NCBI GenBank assembly: GCA_036918135.1
Contig: JBALDB010000015.1
Coordinates: 64,001 to 128,000 of the forward strand
Length of the DNA: 64,000 nt
DNA from: Nostoc sp.
Lineage (GTDB): Bacteria; Cyanobacteriota; Cyanobacteriia; Cyanobacteriales; Nostocaceae
Direction of reading: 5' to 3'
Part shown: piece after piece, positions 62,373 through 64,000 of the stretch
Layout: every line of letters starts with the position of its first letter
Numbering within the stretch: the stretch's first letter is position 1
Position numbers and translations under genes: made by a program
Notes under the pieces: generated by a model
Database searches by the model: none
What the model was told of the DNA's origin: nothing
Seen by the model: the letters and a program-made list of their open reading frames with translations, nothing else

Positions 62373-62867
62373 TTAAAGGTTTTTATTTCCCCAAGCAATG
62401 AATCTGTCCAAGCTATAAACTGCTAATAAATTATGGTTATCACTAACTCTTGCTTTTAGCCATTTGCTTGCACCTTCTCGCATTCCCTCACCACCTAGTA
62501 TGACAATAGTCGGTGCAGGATAATAATGCTGAATATTCATATTCAAATAAGGAAACTTTTCATCAACCGAACCAGGGCTTTCTTGCCATTTGCACTCGAT
62601 AATTAAACCAGATGGCATTGCAGGTGAGCCAACAATGTAAAAATCAACCTTTAAATCGGTATGATAAATTCCAGTTCCAATATAAACTTCTTTCCCATAG
62701 CGTTTTGGTAATAAAGCCGCATTTAATATAAATTCTTTTGAGACATAATTTCCCACTTGGAAATAATTATGTCCATTTAAGATTGCTTCTACATTAATTT
62801 CTAAAATCTTCCCTGCCTTATTTGCCCGTCCACCTTGAGTCAGAGCCATTCTAAATTCCTCTGCCAA
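62373..62867 (-). CDS. PD-(D/E)XK superfamily nuclease
   Basis: G..LE..VE helix, KVDF, IIECKWQ..GSVDEK catalytic-type motif. Confidence 0.8.
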   Translation of the reverse strand: MAEEFRMALTQGGRANKAGKILEINVEAILNGHNYFQVGNYVSKEFILNAALLPKRYGKEVYIGTGIYHTDLKVDFYIVGSPAMPSGLIIECKWQESPGSVDEKFPYLNMNIQHYYPAPTIVILGGEGMREGASKWLKARVSDNHNLLAVYSLDRFIAWGNKNL

Positions 62868-63041
62868 AAGTACTGCTTATTCTAGGATTCCATAGAAGCA
62901 GTAATTGATGGTGAGTTACTTAATATGAATTTTTGTTAAAATGACAAAATATTGGTATTTTTGTACTAAATAAATACAAATGTATTAAGAATTTGGATAA
63001 AAAATGAGTAATTAGTTGAAGTAGTAATTTTCCTTTGGACT

Positions 63042-64000
63042 TTAACCCGTCTGTGCTTCAGTATTACCGTTGCGGATAGCCCATGCTAATTCTAATAATT
63101 GAGTCCAGCGCTTTTGCAGTTGTTTGGGAGTGCATTTGATGGCTTTAGCGATCGCTTGGTCGTTTTCTCGTGCAGTTTTGAGCTGTAAAATTTGCTGTTG
63201 TTGTTCTGTAAGTTGAGTGATAAAAGTTTCCCATTGCTGGGAAGATAAACCCAACTTTTGCTCTAAAGTAGCACCTAACCATTGATGTACCAATTGCCAA
63301 TGATGTTGCTTGGCAAACTTTTCTACATGGTATTTAAACCTTTGTTGCAGATAATCGCGCTGACGGCTACTTAAACCAAGAATTTGGTCAATTTCTGGTG
63401 CTGAAAGGTCTTGGAGTTTCAGGCTTAAATAATCCATACAGTCAGATTGACCTTGAGACTCCAGATATTTCATCAATTCAGCGATCACCCGATCGCGTTC
63501 TGATTCTTCCGATGGATCGAAACTAGCTTTGGCGATCATTTGCGATCGCAGTTGTTGCACCGCCGAATTACGCTGGTAAGATTCTGCTTCTTCACCCTTA
63601 GCAGACTCCACCGCCATTTCAATATCTACAGTAGTTTCTTGGGGCTGACGACGAGCAAAACCTTGCGCCCGCAAGATAATTAATTGCTGATTCGCACCGC
63701 CAGGTAAATTGATGCGACGTTTGGCGTACTGTTCTGTGAACGCCATATACTCAGCTAACTGCAACTGAGTACGCGGCGTGTGATCCTCAGGTAATTCGTT
63801 TTCTCGGCGGAAAGCTTTAATTGCTTCAATATAAAATGCTTGTAAAAAATCTTCAATCAGGCTGTAACGAGCGTCAAAACCCAACTCCGAACCGGATATA
63901 GTTACATGGCGGTAAACCATCGATCCCAAATTACTATGTAATTCCACCCGCCCTTGTTTTGAGCCTAGTTGGTAGTAACGTAAGCACTTTTGCATTCGAT
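63042..64000 (-). CDS. HetZ-related protein (5' end outside the window)
   Basis: YYQLGS..GRVELHS, IEDFLQ.FY.EA..AFRRE, LAEYMAFTE.YAKRRI, EIDQILGL..RQRDYLQQRFKYH, HHWQLVH.WL; frame is open to the window edge. Confidence 0.85.
   Translation of the reverse strand, partial: RMQKCLRYYQLGSKQGRVELHSNLGSMVYRHVTISGSELGFDARYSLIEDFLQAFYIEAIKAFRRENELPEDHTPRTQLQLAEYMAFTEQYAKRRINLPGGANQQLIILRAQGFARRQPQETTVDIEMAVESAKGEEAESYQRNSAVQQLRSQMIAKASFDPSEESERDRVIAELMKYLESQGQSDCMDYLSLKLQDLSAPEIDQILGLSSRQRDYLQQRFKYHVEKFAKQHHWQLVHQWLGATLEQKLGLSSQQWETFITQLTEQQQQILQLKTARENDQAIAKAIKCTPKQLQKRWTQLLELAWAIRNGNTEAQTG

Larger units (their letters stand above)
1..64000. repeat. HIP1 octamer GCGATCGC, dispersed
   Basis: More than 30 copies counted by eye (e.g. 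near 926, 1876, 2654, 5811, 12434, 17523, 38387, 49668, 63148). Confidence 0.95.

Noticed and set aside
63042..63995. Calling this gene hetZ itself
   Set aside because: The gene is truncated by the window edge and appears to be a paralogue; orthology cannot be established by eye.

Overview
This is chromosomal DNA from a filamentous, heterocyst- and hormogonium-forming cyanobacterium (Nostoc-like). Evidence: dense HIP1 (GCGATCGC) sites, heptamer STRR arrays, psbY, hps genes and a HetZ-related gene. Gene order: ruvB, a TPR protein, an M16 peptidase, a VOC protein, a TIGR02652-type protein, a gamma-CA-like protein, psbY (missed by the ORF track), folC, a sugar-binding lipoprotein, pilMNOQ, a decayed antitoxin-like ORF, metH, the hormogonium polysaccharide (hps) locus with five pilin-like genes, four glycosyltransferases and one decayed transferase, DUF502-nusB-ftsY, a PP2C phosphatase, mlaE-DUF3119-DUF3086-plsY, sppA-aroH, an OGFr-domain gene, cbiD, guaA, DUF29, a biliverdin-type phytochrome operon with a divergent lone receiver, DUF4327, rbfA, DUF751, a Dam-type methylase facing a PD-(D/E)XK nuclease, and a truncated HetZ-like gene. 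I saw no rRNA, tRNA, CRISPR array or intact transposase. Most genes are recognisable core or motility genes. The best leads are the Dam plus uncharacterised nuclease pair, the nested ~25-nt mobile repeats (one translated inside a protease), the pilMNOQ-metH-hps clustering with REP-like palindromes on both sides of hps, and a decayed gene inside hps. All family names come from motif recognition by eye, not from database searches.
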